Positions 16,998 through 27,507 of a stretch of 56,226 nucleotides of DNA are shown here, in pieces. The first letter of the stretch is position 1. The number at the start of each line of letters is the position of its first letter. Below the pieces are notes generated by a model. It did not search any database. It saw only the letters and a program-made list of their open reading frames with translations, and was not told where the DNA came from. Position numbers and translations under genes: made by a program. This stretch comes from a virus: positions 1 through 56,226 of IMG/VR virus record IMGVR_UViG_3300045988_142515. One strand, given 5' to 3'.

Positions 16998-17530
16998 GCC
17001 CGGCCCCGCGGCTGACACGCCGCTCTCGCCAGCAGAGCGAGGACTACGCGGCCCTGTCAGGCCGAGTCGCCTCGCCGGTGCCGTCCGTCGTCCACTCCAC
17101 CGCGCTCGCCCTGCTCAAGGGCGGCGCGGCCGCCCTGTCCAACGCGGTCTCGCAGGCCTACGTCGCCCCTGGCGCCGAGGTGGCGTGGGACGAGTGCTGC
17201 GCCGGGCACCTCTATGTGCGCACCGTCTCCGTCTCTCCCGTCTTTGGCCCCCGTGCCGCCGACGGCGAGGCGTGCTCGGTGCGCTACTGGGCCGCGACCT
17301 ACGCGCTCGGGACGCTACGCTGCGTCGAGGTCGTGGACGATCGGGGCCGGGGGCCCCGCCCCCTCGACCTGACGGCCGACGCGGCCGTCCTGCACCAGGA
17401 CATGGCCGACCTGGGCCAGTTCCTCACGTCGTCCACGAACGCGGGCGACATGGACTGGCAGGCGTCTGGTCCCGACGGGGGCTGCGTGGCGGGCGAGTGG
17501 ACCTTCACAGTCCGCCTCAACTGCCCGTGA
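16994..17530 (+). CDS. head-tail joining protein candidate (178 aa)
   Basis: GTG 16994 (GTGA overlap). This is the 3' part of ORF 16070..17530. Confidence 0.45.
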   Translation: MSPAPRLTRRSRQQSEDYAALSGRVASPVPSVVHSTALALLKGGAAALSNAVSQAYVAPGAEVAWDECCAGHLYVRTVSVSPVFGPRAADGEACSVRYWAATYALGTLRCVEVVDDRGRGPRPLDLTADAAVLHQDMADLGQFLTSSTNAGDMDWQASGPDGGCVAGEWTFTVRLNCP

Positions 17531-17560
17531 CGTCCTCGCAAACTCGTGGGGTAGTGTGAG

Positions 17561-17968
17561 ATGGTTCACGTAAGAGTACGGTTCAAGGGCCCAATCCGTC
17601 AGGACAAGGTGGCCCAGATCACTAAACAGGCCGCCCTTAAGGCGTCCAAGCGCACGCAGGGGCGAATCCAGCGCAACATCCGTGCCAAGGGGCGCGTGAA
17701 CTCGGGCCGTATGGTGAACTCTGTCACAATTGAGAGGGTCCCCGGAAAGCACCCGCTCAACCCGACCTTCGAGATCGGGGCTCGTACACCGTACGCCGCC
17801 TACCAGGAGAAGGGCACCAGGCCCCACGGGCCGGTCAGGGCTAAGCGCATGGTCTTCACACCGAAGGGCTCCAGCCAGACCGTCTTCGCGAAGTGGGTCA
17901 AGGGAATCAAGGGCGCGCACTTCGTCCGCGACGCGGTACGGCTTATCAAGCCCTCTGACTTCCATTAG
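17561..17968 (+). CDS. HK97 gp10-like tail-completion/neck protein
   Basis: TPYAAYQEKGTRPH resembles the gp10-family Y..vE.GT motif. Lies immediately before the chaperone genes. Confidence 0.5.
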   Translation: MVHVRVRFKGPIRQDKVAQITKQAALKASKRTQGRIQRNIRAKGRVNSGRMVNSVTIERVPGKHPLNPTFEIGARTPYAAYQEKGTRPHGPVRAKRMVFTPKGSSQTVFAKWVKGIKGAHFVRDAVRLIKPSDFH

Positions 17969-17977
17969 AATCGCCTC

Positions 17978-18289
17978 ATGGCTACTATCACGATCCCCGG
18001 CAAGACCCGGAAGTCCATCACCGTTGAACTCGTTGGCGAGGAGTACAAGGTCCGCCCGCCCAAGGCCGCCGTCGCCATCTTCCTGTCCCAGGCCCTCAAG
18101 GACTCTGGCGACGACGCTGAGAAGCTGATCGAGGGCCTGTCGAAGTGGTGCCGCGTCCTCTTCGGCAAGGAGACCGGCGCCGAGGTCATCCAGCGGCTCA
18201 AGAATCCCGCCGACGACCTCGACATCCCCGACCTGACCGACCTCCTCACCGCCGTCATGGAGGACGCGAGCGAAAACCCTACTACGTAA
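17978..18289 (+). CDS. tail assembly chaperone (G-like, 103 aa)
   Basis: Located directly upstream of the tape measure gene. Its 3' end overlaps a -1 frame ORF. Confidence 0.7.
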   Translation: MATITIPGKTRKSITVELVGEEYKVRPPKAAVAIFLSQALKDSGDDAEKLIEGLSKWCRVLFGKETGAEVIQRLKNPADDLDIPDLTDLLTAVMEDASENPTT

Positions 18290-18570
18290 CCCAGCGCCTG
18301 CTGGCCTCGGCCCACGAGGAGTGGGACTACACCGACGGGTTCTGCCTCGGGCACGGGATCGACCTGGAGACCCTGCCCCTGAACCGGTTCTGCCACGTCA
18401 TGTGGTGGATCCTCACCCGAAACGCCGAGGACGAGGGCGCTACCGAGAAGCTGAAGAGGGACCTGTGGCTCCCGCCCAAGGGCGTCGAGGTCGCCGATCC
18501 GCGCAGCCCGTGGTACTCGGGCAACGAGTCCGACGGCTTCGGGTCCCTTAAGTCAGCCCTCGGGGTGTGA
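17978..18570 (+). CDS. tail assembly chaperone, -1 frameshift fusion product (17978..18280 joined to 18280..18570)
   Basis: Slippery heptamer A_AAC_CCT at 18274-18280 in the zero frame. The -1 frame stays open to 18570 (..NPYYVTQRLLASAHEEW..). Confidence 0.6.
18274..18280 (+). promoter_or_regulatory. -1 programmed frameshift slippery site AAAACCCT
   Basis: Fits the X_XXY_YYZ pattern in the zero frame (GA A AAC CCT), 7 nt before the G stop codon. Confidence 0.55.
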
Positions 18571-18670
18571 CATCATCTATAGGACACGCCTATGCGGGCG
18601 GTATCATGGCCTCAGACAGGAGTCGGGCCGCGATGCCGCCCGCTCGACGTACGAGTGGGGAGGGTAGCCC

Positions 18671-21600
18671 GTGGCAGACAAGATCGGCGAGGTCGTCGTA
18701 GAGGTCGGCGCTGACGCGCGCGACTTCAACGGCGACGCTGAGCGGGGCATCGAGAAGAGCCTTAAAAAGATCGGCAAGAGGATCGAGCGCGCCGCCGAGA
18801 AGTGGGCGCGCGAGATGCGCGACTCGGTCAAGGACGCCCTGGACGGCCTCGTGCTGCAGGTCAACGCCAAGATCGACCCAAAGGACCTGCGCCGCATCGA
18901 GACGGCGATCGCCAGTACCAAGGCGTCGCCGGAGGTAACCATCTCGGCCCGCGAGCTGGAGGAGATCAAGCAGAAGCTCCGCCGGGCCGAGTGGCGCACG
19001 CCGGTCAAGCCGGTCCTAGACGACAACGCCGTGGCCAAGATGGGCCGAGAGCTCGACGAGATGAAGGCCGCGATCAAGGCCCGCGTCGACCTTGACGAGG
19101 TGTCCCGCAAGCACGCACTGGAGGCGATTCGTAAGACCGAGGCGGAGATCGATGCCAAGGTCGATATCAAGGGCCAGGACATCGCTGAGCTCAAGGAGAA
19201 GATCGCCAACATCAAGTCCGAGGTCAAGGTCGACGCCTCGCTTGAGAAGGCTACGCAGCGCAAGATCAAGGAGCAGATCGCCAAGCTCGACGCGAAGCTC
19301 AAGGCCGAGGCCGAGCTGGACGACGCCTCCAAGAAAAAGCTCCAGGCGGAGCTGAAAAAGCTCGGCGGGGACATCGAGGCCAACGCCCACCTGTCCGAGG
19401 CGTCCAGGCGGAAGCTAAAGCACGAGCTCAACAAGCTTGACGGCAAGGCGACCGTCAACGCAGACCTCGACGACGGCAAGGCGCGCTTCGACCTGGCCCG
19501 GCTGACCCAGAAACCTCGCTACGTCGATATCCACGTCCGCCTGGCCAAGGCGTCGCTGGCGAAGGTTGCCACCGAGCTGAAGGCCCTGGCCGGCGGGAAC
19601 ATCTTCGGCAACCTGAAGAACAGCCTCAACGACATCTTCACCAACCTGGACACCTTCTCCCTGAAGATGGCCGGGGCGGGCACCGCCATCCTCGGGCTGA
19701 CGTCTATCGCCGGGGCCGGGCTGGGCACGCTCGCCCAGTTCGGCGTGAGCATCGCCCACACCCTCCCGGCCCTGCTCGCCATGCCCGGCATCCTGGCCGC
19801 GGCGGGTGCGGGTATAGGCATCTTCGCCGCAGCCATGTCCGACGCCTCCACCGTGCTGGAGGACCTGGGCCCGTCCTTCGAGGCTCTCCAGGACTCCATC
19901 TCCACGTCGTTCTGGGGCGAGGCCGAGGGGGCAGTCCGCTCCCTTATCACCAACGGCCTGGAGGCCCTGACCCCGGCCATCTCGGACGTGGCCTCGCAGA
20001 TGGGGGCCATGACTGGCGCAGTCGCCAGCGCGGCCCAGGACCATCTCCCAGGCTTCCAGGCGTCCCTAGGCTACCTGGCCGAGGCCATGGATATCGGTGG
20101 CGACGGCGCCGGCGCCTTCACCGACGCGCTGCTCACGCTGGGAGAGACCGGCGCGAAGTACCTGCCGTCGATCGCCGAGTGGGCCAATGGCGTGGCCTAC
20201 AGCTTCCAGAGCTGGGTCCAGGCCAAGACCGAGTCGGGCGAGATGGATCAGGCCATCCAGTCCGCCGCGAAGACCTTCGGGACCTTGAAAGACATCGTCT
20301 TCGACCTGGGCGGCATCCTGGGCGGGGTCTTCTCCGCCATGGCCGCAGGCTCGTCCCCGATCGACTCGGTCGCAGACGCTCTGGACCGTGCCAACGCGGC
20401 GGTCAACGGGCCGCTGTGGCAGGGCACCCTGACCACGATCTTCAGCGCGATGGGTACGGCCGCGTCCTACGCCTTCCAGGGCGTAGGTTCGCTTGGCCAG
20501 GCCTTTGTGTCCCTGGCGCCCACGCTCTCCACGATCCTTCCGCTGGTCGGCCAGATCATCGAGACGGGCCTCAATGGAATCTCCCTGGCCCTCCAGGACC
20601 CCGCCTTCCAGGGCGGGCTGGAGTCGTTCTTCAACAACGTCCTCATCGCCGTCCAGGCGCTTGCGCCCGCCATGCCGGCCCTGGGGGAGGCGTTCGGTGC
20701 CCTGGCTACAGTCGGCGGCGAGCTGCTCGCAGCCGTCGCTCCACTGATCGCCGAGCTGGTCGAGCAGCTGGCGCCGGTGATGACTCAGCTGGCCGCTCTG
20801 CTGGCCCCGATCATCGAGCAGCTGGCGGCGGCGCTCATGCCTGTCATCCAGGCGCTCGGGCCCGTGCTGTCGGCCCTGTTCGCTGTCCTCGGCCCGCTCA
20901 TCAATGACCTGCTCGCTGCGATCGTTCCAGCCATCCAGCCGATCGTAGCGTCGATCATGTCCGCGCTGATCCCGGCATTCCAGCTGATCGGGACCGTGGT
21001 GAGGGCTCTCCTGCCGATCGTCGTCCCGGTCGTCAACAACATCCGCGACACGATTACCAGCATGATGAAGATCATTCAGGGCGTCATCAACGTCGTCATG
21101 GGCATCATCACCGGCAACTGGTCCCAGGCGTGGAACGGGATCAAGCAGATCGGCATGGGGGTATGGAACTTCATCTCCAGCTCCTTCCGGAACTTCGGCA
21201 GCCTCCTGAAGGGCATCGCCCAGGCCGCTTGGAACCTCCTCGGCAGCGTCATCTCCGCCGGGTGGAACGCCATCAAGTCCGGTGCCTCAGCCGCGTGGAA
21301 CGGGATCAAGTCGGTCGTCTCGACCGGTGTCAACGGCGTGGTCAACTTCGTCAAGAACCTGCCGAACAACATCAAGAGCATCTTCTCCAGCGCCGGGTCC
21401 TGGCTGGTCAGCGCGGGCAAGAACATCATCCAGGGGTTCATCAACGGTCTGAAGTCCATGTTCGGCTCGGTGAAGTCCACCCTGGGCGGGCTTACCAGCA
21501 AGCTGACGTCCTGGAAGGGCCCCGAGCCCGTCGACAAGGTCCTTCTCACCCCGACGGGTGAGCTGATCATGAAGGGCTTCGTCAAGGGCCTGGAGAGCCA

Positions 21601-21874
21601 GTACGGCACCGTCCGCAAGTCGCTGGCGGGCCTGACCGAGGACATTGCCAAGCCCGCCACGATCGGGTTGAACGCCGACGTGCGCCCGCTTCCCGCCCGC
21701 GCTTCGACCGGGCGGGTGACGTCCTCCGGCGGGGTCTCCGCCTCGGAGCCCTTCCATAAGAGCAATCTTGGAGGCGCTACAATCAACATAACTAATCACT
21801 ATCCGCAGGCGAAGCCTGACAGCAAGACCCGTGACGAGGTCGCCGAGGGCCTGCGGCTAGCCGCCATCGTGTAA
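18671..21874 (+). CDS. tape measure protein (1067 aa)
   Basis: Length, Lys/Glu/Ala coiled-coil N-terminus, Gly/Ala-rich hydrophobic core, and position. Confidence 0.85.
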   Translation: MADKIGEVVVEVGADARDFNGDAERGIEKSLKKIGKRIERAAEKWAREMRDSVKDALDGLVLQVNAKIDPKDLRRIETAIASTKASPEVTISARELEEIKQKLRRAEWRTPVKPVLDDNAVAKMGRELDEMKAAIKARVDLDEVSRKHALEAIRKTEAEIDAKVDIKGQDIAELKEKIANIKSEVKVDASLEKATQRKIKEQIAKLDAKLKAEAELDDASKKKLQAELKKLGGDIEANAHLSEASRRKLKHELNKLDGKATVNADLDDGKARFDLARLTQKPRYVDIHVRLAKASLAKVATELKALAGGNIFGNLKNSLNDIFTNLDTFSLKMAGAGTAILGLTSIAGAGLGTLAQFGVSIAHTLPALLAMPGILAAAGAGIGIFAAAMSDASTVLEDLGPSFEALQDSISTSFWGEAEGAVRSLITNGLEALTPAISDVASQMGAMTGAVASAAQDHLPGFQASLGYLAEAMDIGGDGAGAFTDALLTLGETGAKYLPSIAEWANGVAYSFQSWVQAKTESGEMDQAIQSAAKTFGTLKDIVFDLGGILGGVFSAMAAGSSPIDSVADALDRANAAVNGPLWQGTLTTIFSAMGTAASYAFQGVGSLGQAFVSLAPTLSTILPLVGQIIETGLNGISLALQDPAFQGGLESFFNNVLIAVQALAPAMPALGEAFGALATVGGELLAAVAPLIAELVEQLAPVMTQLAALLAPIIEQLAAALMPVIQALGPVLSALFAVLGPLINDLLAAIVPAIQPIVASIMSALIPAFQLIGTVVRALLPIVVPVVNNIRDTITSMMKIIQGVINVVMGIITGNWSQAWNGIKQIGMGVWNFISSSFRNFGSLLKGIAQAAWNLLGSVISAGWNAIKSGASAAWNGIKSVVSTGVNGVVNFVKNLPNNIKSIFSSAGSWLVSAGKNIIQGFINGLKSMFGSVKSTLGGLTSKLTSWKGPEPVDKVLLTPTGELIMKGFVKGLESQYGTVRKSLAGLTEDIAKPATIGLNADVRPLPARASTGRVTSSGGVSASEPFHKSNLGGATINITNHYPQAKPDSKTRDEVAEGLRLAAIV

Positions 21875-21890
21875 GAAAGGTCACCCACCC

Positions 21891-22706
21891 ATGGCCATCT
21901 ACTCCCTAGACGGAACCGACCTGGATGACCCTCTAGGGCGCTGGGTGCTCGCCGAGGGAACTACACTGTCGACCCGGGGCGAGCCCTGGAACGCCTCCGT
22001 GGACATCCCGGGGCGGTTCGGCGTGCTGCCGATCGCGCCGTCGGTCACCAAGTCCGCCACCGTCGCCCTGAAGTTCACCGTGTTCTCCTGGGCCGACAAT
22101 CGTGACGGCTCCCGCTGCAAGGGCGGGCTGGCCCAGCTGGAGAAGAACTACCAGGACCTCCTGCGCCGGCTGTTCGCTTTCGGACGCCTCCAGACTCTCC
22201 AGTACACGCCTGCGGGCCAGCCGGTTCGAGAGGCACAGGTCCGGCCCACGTCCTCCGTCGAGCCGGTCCTCGACCCGCACTCGGAGACGATCACGTTCGC
22301 AGTCACCTACGAGATCGCCTCCGGCCTGTGGCGGGGGACGTCGAACCTCGTGGCGCTCCTTACGGACATGTCGAAGTTCGACGGCTGCTCGATGCCTATC
22401 CCGGACGGCTGGCTGATGCTGGAGCCTACCGCCCCTATCTGCACGGTCAAGGACAACGTCTCCGGCTCCTCGTTCACCTTCACAGGCTCTCTGAACGGAG
22501 GTGAGCGCCTGATCGTGGACATTGCAGGCTATCGGGCCTGGAAGAACCCGTCCATCGAGTGGGACATACAGCCGGGCGCCCGCTCCGCCGACGGCGAGAT
22601 CTCGATGAGTCCCGGGGGCTTCCGGGCCACTCCTAGCGCTGACGGCCGCATCTCAATGACGCTGACCGGCACGGCCGGACGCTTCCGCGGAAGGATGGCC
22701 TACTGA
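21891..22706 (+). CDS. minor tail protein (distal tail protein candidate)
   Basis: First gene after the tape measure gene; 271 aa. Confidence 0.55.
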   Translation: MAIYSLDGTDLDDPLGRWVLAEGTTLSTRGEPWNASVDIPGRFGVLPIAPSVTKSATVALKFTVFSWADNRDGSRCKGGLAQLEKNYQDLLRRLFAFGRLQTLQYTPAGQPVREAQVRPTSSVEPVLDPHSETITFAVTYEIASGLWRGTSNLVALLTDMSKFDGCSMPIPDGWLMLEPTAPICTVKDNVSGSSFTFTGSLNGGERLIVDIAGYRAWKNPSIEWDIQPGARSADGEISMSPGGFRATPSADGRISMTLTGTAGRFRGRMAY

Positions 22707-24778
22707 TGCCGCGCAACCCCGCCTTCGCGCGTGGCCTGGCCATGCGCTACGTCGCCTACGACCAGGCCACCGGCAGTCGCCTGGGGGTGCTCCCCGACGC
22801 ACTGGCCGGCACCTTCACGTGCCCGCGCCAGGCCACCCCCTCGCTCACCCTGTCCTACCCGAACGGGGACCTGGGCGTACGGGGAACCCTGCTGGACTCG
22901 GACGTGGAGCTCGCCGTCGAGCTCTGCTACGACGGTCAGACCTGGTCCGAGCCATACAACGCCAGGTTCATCAACCTCTCCTCAGAGTGGAACCTGGTAG
23001 ACGACGGCACCGGGCGACGCCACGCGGACCTGATCCACATCGGGCACCGGCTTGAGGGCGCCCTCGTGTGGGACGTCCCCTTCGCGGCGATGGACAAGGA
23101 CGGTAAGTACCGCTTCCGCGACCGCAACGCTGGGGAGATCCTGCGCACGGTCTGGGACGCGGCCGTCAAGCGCGGCTGGGGCAAGGGCCTGGACCTTGAC
23201 GTGTCCGCCACGTCCGACTCCGCCGGGCAGCACTGGGCGTTAATCACGACCATCGCCTTCGACCCGTCGGTGTCGATCAAGTCCATCCTGGACTCGCTCA
23301 TGAACATGGGCATGCTCGACTACCGCTGGCGCGGCCGCACTCTCCAGATCTACAACCCTGACGCCGCGCTCAAGCGCGAGAACCCGGACGTCGTGTGGCG
23401 CCTGGCGGCGGGCACGAAGTCGGCCCCGGAGAAGCTGGATTGGTCCCAGTTGTGCACCCACGTCCTGGTGAAGGGTGACGAGGGCAAGACCTGGACCTTC
23501 CCCAACCCTGAGGCGCCTACGGGCATGCCCCGCACGGAGAAGGTAGTCAGCGCCGGCGGCGTGACCCTGGAGGCGACCGCCCGAAAGGTTGCCGCCCTGA
23601 CGATGAAGACCGGAGCCACTCCGGCGGCCGAGGTCAAGCGTGAGTGGGAGGCCGACGACCTTCAGTGGCTGCCCTTCGAGGACTACGCCCTGGGCGACTG
23701 GATCCGCGTAGAGCGGGCCAAGGGCCTGGAGCGTATGCGGGTCTCGCAGATCTCCATCTCGGTGACCGAGAACGGGCGCTGTCAGGGCCACACCACGTTC
23801 GGGACCGTCCTGGACGACGTCCTGGCCCGCTTGGCTAAGCGCCAGAAAGGCGTTCTGGGAGCGGTCAACTCCGACGGGAAGAACCCCCGGCCGGAGAAGC
23901 CGAAGAGCAAGTACGCGCCGGTGCCTCCCCAGGGGCTTGTAGTCACCTCGGACGTGGTGATCAACGACCAGGGCTGGCCCCGGGCCGTCGCAACCCTGAA
24001 GTGGTCACCAGTCGAGACTGACGCCCTGGGCGTTGCCGTGGCCGTCACGGGCTATGAGATCTCGGCGCGTCAGTTGCCGTTCCTGTCCGGCCCGATGAGT
24101 ACGTCCAAGGAGACGCAGGCCCAGATCGCCAACCTTACGGCTGGCCTGAAGTACGCGTTCAAGGTCCGCGCTGTGACCGCCGACACGACAGGCTCGTGGT
24201 CGCAGGAGGTCGAGGCCACGATGGCGATCGACACCGAGCCGCCGCCGGTGCCGACGGCTCCCGTCCTCACTCAGACCTTAGGCGTGCTCGGCATTTACTG
24301 GGATGGTAAGGGCACCGGTGGGGCAGGCATGCCGTCCGACTTCGCGGGCATCGAGGTGTCGGTGCGCGAGCCCGGCCTGACGCCTCAGAAGTTCTCGGAC
24401 ATGCCGGTGCCCCTCCAGCGCACCAACCTGGCGGGCCTGGAGATCCGTGAGTGGGAGGTGCGCCTGCGGTCCTACGACCGGGCCGGGAACAGGTCGGCCT
24501 GGGGCGCGTCTGCGACTATCACGCTGAAGCAGAACGTCGACACGGACGCGATCGTCAAGCAGGTCGAGGAGAAGCTCAAGAACTCCGACGCCATGCAGCA
24601 GGCGGCCCGCGAGGGCACGCTCAAGGAGATGAAGCACCTCACTGAGGCCATGACCCAGGTGGCCACCAACCTCGTGACGTCAGGACCCATCCCGCCGGAT
24701 AGTGGGACAATAGGGTCCAGCATGTGGATCGCGCCCGACGGAAGAATCTTCGTTCTCAGAGCCAAAGGAGACGACTAA
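22706..24778 (+). CDS. minor tail protein with fibronectin-III-like repeats (Tal-like)
   Basis: Second gene after the tape measure gene. WSPVE...GYEISAR...YAFKVRAV and ...RSYDRAGNRSAWG look FN3-like. Confidence 0.55.
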   Translation: MPRNPAFARGLAMRYVAYDQATGSRLGVLPDALAGTFTCPRQATPSLTLSYPNGDLGVRGTLLDSDVELAVELCYDGQTWSEPYNARFINLSSEWNLVDDGTGRRHADLIHIGHRLEGALVWDVPFAAMDKDGKYRFRDRNAGEILRTVWDAAVKRGWGKGLDLDVSATSDSAGQHWALITTIAFDPSVSIKSILDSLMNMGMLDYRWRGRTLQIYNPDAALKRENPDVVWRLAAGTKSAPEKLDWSQLCTHVLVKGDEGKTWTFPNPEAPTGMPRTEKVVSAGGVTLEATARKVAALTMKTGATPAAEVKREWEADDLQWLPFEDYALGDWIRVERAKGLERMRVSQISISVTENGRCQGHTTFGTVLDDVLARLAKRQKGVLGAVNSDGKNPRPEKPKSKYAPVPPQGLVVTSDVVINDQGWPRAVATLKWSPVETDALGVAVAVTGYEISARQLPFLSGPMSTSKETQAQIANLTAGLKYAFKVRAVTADTTGSWSQEVEATMAIDTEPPPVPTAPVLTQTLGVLGIYWDGKGTGGAGMPSDFAGIEVSVREPGLTPQKFSDMPVPLQRTNLAGLEIREWEVRLRSYDRAGNRSAWGASATITLKQNVDTDAIVKQVEEKLKNSDAMQQAAREGTLKEMKHLTEAMTQVATNLVTSGPIPPDSGTIGSSMWIAPDGRIFVLRAKGDD

Positions 24779-25482
24779 TGCAGCCATACGCAGCCGCTAA
24801 GCAGTGGCGGGACGGGTTCGGCGCGAACGAGACCCGCATCACCGCGGCCGACCTCATCCACATCGAGGACGGCATCAGCGCCGCCACCCAGGGCGTCACG
24901 AACCTGGAGACGAAGGTCAACGGCCAGCCCGCCGAGATCCTGAAGCAGGTTCAGACGATCGCTGAGAGCATCAAAGTGCTCATGAACAAGGCGATCCCGA
25001 TCGGCACCATCGCCATGTACGGCTCCAACGCGGACCCTGAAGGGTGGATCCGCTGCGACGGGCGCCTGATTGACCGCAACACCTACCCGACGCTGTTCCG
25101 GGTGATCGGCACCAAGTTCGGCTCGACCACGGTATCCAACTTCCGGGTGCCGGACTACCGGGAGCGCACTCCAGTTGGTGCCGGCGACGGCTCGAAGTAC
25201 GACCTGAACGACAAGGGCGGCGCCACGACCATCACCCTGACGGTAGACCAGCTGCCCGCTCACACCCACCAGATCGGAGAGGTGGAGGACCAGGGCCGCC
25301 GCTTCCAGGCGCGCACCGCCGGCCAGGACATCGGCATTGGCACCTCCGGCTACACGTACCTGACGTCCACCGGTAACAACGGCGCTGGCCGTAGCCCGAT
25401 CGCGGCCTCCACCGGCTCGGGCGCGCCTATTGATGTGCGCCAGCCGTACCTCGGCTCGATCTACATCATCAGGGCTCTGTAA
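24778..25482 (+). CDS. tail collar domain fibre protein
   Basis: GWIRCDGRLIDRNTYPTLFRVIGTKFG...NFRVPDYRERTPVG...LPAHTH matches the phage tail collar motif. Confidence 0.7.
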   Translation: MQPYAAAKQWRDGFGANETRITAADLIHIEDGISAATQGVTNLETKVNGQPAEILKQVQTIAESIKVLMNKAIPIGTIAMYGSNADPEGWIRCDGRLIDRNTYPTLFRVIGTKFGSTTVSNFRVPDYRERTPVGAGDGSKYDLNDKGGATTITLTVDQLPAHTHQIGEVEDQGRRFQARTAGQDIGIGTSGYTYLTSTGNNGAGRSPIAASTGSGAPIDVRQPYLGSIYIIRAL

Positions 25483-27383
25483 TGCCGGGCCCTAAGAAAC
25501 CGTTCCTCGCCGGCGCGGGGGCCCGCGGCGCTCAGTACGTAACCGTTCCGGCGTTCGCCGCGCCGGGGCACTCATCCCCGTCCAACTCGAGGGACGCCCC
25601 GGGCTCAACCGTCGTCTACTCCCCCAAGGGGTGGAAGTGGGAGGAGGCCGGCGACGACTACTCCAAGACGGTCTCCAGGCTGACGGCCGCCACGATGGAG
25701 TCCGCGGTGCGCCGCGTCAAGACGTCCTTCGGGGAGGTCTTCTACATTCGCGGCGACTCCGAGACCGTACCTCCGTTCCCGGGCACCGCCGTCGGCGACA
25801 CCTGCCGCGTTCAGGACGCTCAGACCCTGGACATCACGGCGGAGTGGCGCTGGGACGGCGCGCGCTGGGAGCGGATGAAGGTCACCAGTGAGCAGATCAG
25901 CAACCTCGACGTGGGGAAGCTGACCGCAGGCGCCGCCAACATCGCTGAGGTCACTGCCCGGAAGATCGCCTCCGACGTCGGGCGGTTCCTGGAGATCACC
26001 ACGGACCAGCTCACCGTCACCGGGAACGCCTCCTTCGTGAACGCGACTGCCCACCACGTGTGGTCCGAGATCGTGACCGCGAAGCGGGGAGAGTACGAGC
26101 AGATCCACGCTGGCATGATCGCTGCCAACTCGATCACCGCCAACCAGATCCAGGCGGGCGCCATCGACGGCATGGTCATCACCGGCGCAACGATCCAGAC
26201 GTCCAGAACCCCGAATCGGGGGCTCAAGCTGTCCAGCGACGGCCTCCAGGTCTACTCCCCCAAAGGCTGGAAGTCACTCGACATCAACGCCCACACCGGC
26301 GACATCATCATCAATGGCCGCATCGGGCGGCGCGACTCGTGGTCGGAGTGCTACTTCAACGACCTGGTGTGGGCCCAGACCGGCACGGACATCTCCCGAG
26401 CCGGGGCCAAAATCGGCTGCGGGCTGGTGTTCAACTCTCTAGAGGATGACTGGGACGACGGGGGGCTGTTCCTACAGAAGGACTCGCAGACCGGAACCCC
26501 TACGATCACGCTGCAGTCAGCCGCTAAGTCGGGGGACAAGGAACGTCCGTCTCTCATGCTGGGGGCTCAGCAGCTGAGCATCTTCATCGGCACGAACGGT
26601 ACGTGGGGCACTATGGCCCTGAACAAGTTCGGCTTCAACGTCCGCACAGGGGCCAGCTCCCTTGTAGTCAACGACAGTGGTCTCGAGTACCGGAAGACGA
26701 ACGACAACTACTCGTACCTAGGCGTAGGGCGCACGTGGGCCAACCTCGCCACGCTCGGCAACCGGAACTCGGGAGTCTGGGTCAATGACCACGCCACCGT
26801 CATGGCATGGCGCCGTATCCCGCAGATCTGGCTCGACAACGACGGCATCCACATGAACCCGGAGAAAAAGTTCACGATGCAGGTGCCGAGGCTCTCCAAG
26901 GAGCGCGGCGGCCTGTGGCTGTCCCACGCCTGTACCGAGTCCCCCTACGACGGGGTGGAGTACTGGGAGAACCTCACTCTCGACGAGGCTGGGCACGCCC
27001 GGTGGGCGCTGCCGGACTACGTACCGCGGATCGCCTCCCCGGTTGCGCCGTGGGCGGTGTTCGCCTCAGGCACGGCCTCTGCCGAGATCGACCGCAGCGA
27101 CCCGGACCTATGGGCTGTCACCGTCAAGGGAGAGCCTGGAGCACGGGTGGACGTCCTAGTCAAGGGCGCTCGTATGGTCAACACCGGGGAGGACGACGCT
27201 GACGGCGAGCCGATCATGAAGGACAACGCCCGTAAGACCAACTGGGAGCTTGGCCCGCCCGGTGGGGGCGGGAACAGTGGAGGCATCCCCGACGACATGT
27301 CCCTGCCCGGAACGTACTATGGACCTGCACCTCGCCCAGAAGATTGGAGCAATGACAATGGAAGCACAGACCAGCCAGGTTGA
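25482..27383 (+). CDS. minor tail / receptor-binding protein (633 aa)
   Basis: Assigned by position and size. TAATG start overlap. Confidence 0.5.
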   Translation: MPGPKKPFLAGAGARGAQYVTVPAFAAPGHSSPSNSRDAPGSTVVYSPKGWKWEEAGDDYSKTVSRLTAATMESAVRRVKTSFGEVFYIRGDSETVPPFPGTAVGDTCRVQDAQTLDITAEWRWDGARWERMKVTSEQISNLDVGKLTAGAANIAEVTARKIASDVGRFLEITTDQLTVTGNASFVNATAHHVWSEIVTAKRGEYEQIHAGMIAANSITANQIQAGAIDGMVITGATIQTSRTPNRGLKLSSDGLQVYSPKGWKSLDINAHTGDIIINGRIGRRDSWSECYFNDLVWAQTGTDISRAGAKIGCGLVFNSLEDDWDDGGLFLQKDSQTGTPTITLQSAAKSGDKERPSLMLGAQQLSIFIGTNGTWGTMALNKFGFNVRTGASSLVVNDSGLEYRKTNDNYSYLGVGRTWANLATLGNRNSGVWVNDHATVMAWRRIPQIWLDNDGIHMNPEKKFTMQVPRLSKERGGLWLSHACTESPYDGVEYWENLTLDEAGHARWALPDYVPRIASPVAPWAVFASGTASAEIDRSDPDLWAVTVKGEPGARVDVLVKGARMVNTGEDDADGEPIMKDNARKTNWELGPPGGGGNSGGIPDDMSLPGTYYGPAPRPEDWSNDNGSTDQPG

Positions 27384-27507
27384 CGCGCTCGCCGTGATCG
27401 ACGCGCTGACGATGGAGATCGCCGCCCTGACCCGCAGGGCCGTGGTCGCTGAGCAGCAGGTGGCGGCCCTCATGGCCGAGAAGACTGAGAACAAGGAGAG
27501 CAAGTGA
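27352..27507 (+). CDS. small coiled-coil protein (51 aa)
   Basis: ATG 27352 after ggag, inside ORF 27250..27507. Overlaps both neighbouring genes. Confidence 0.4.
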   Translation: MTMEAQTSQVDALAVIDALTMEIAALTRRAVVAEQQVAALMAEKTENKESK

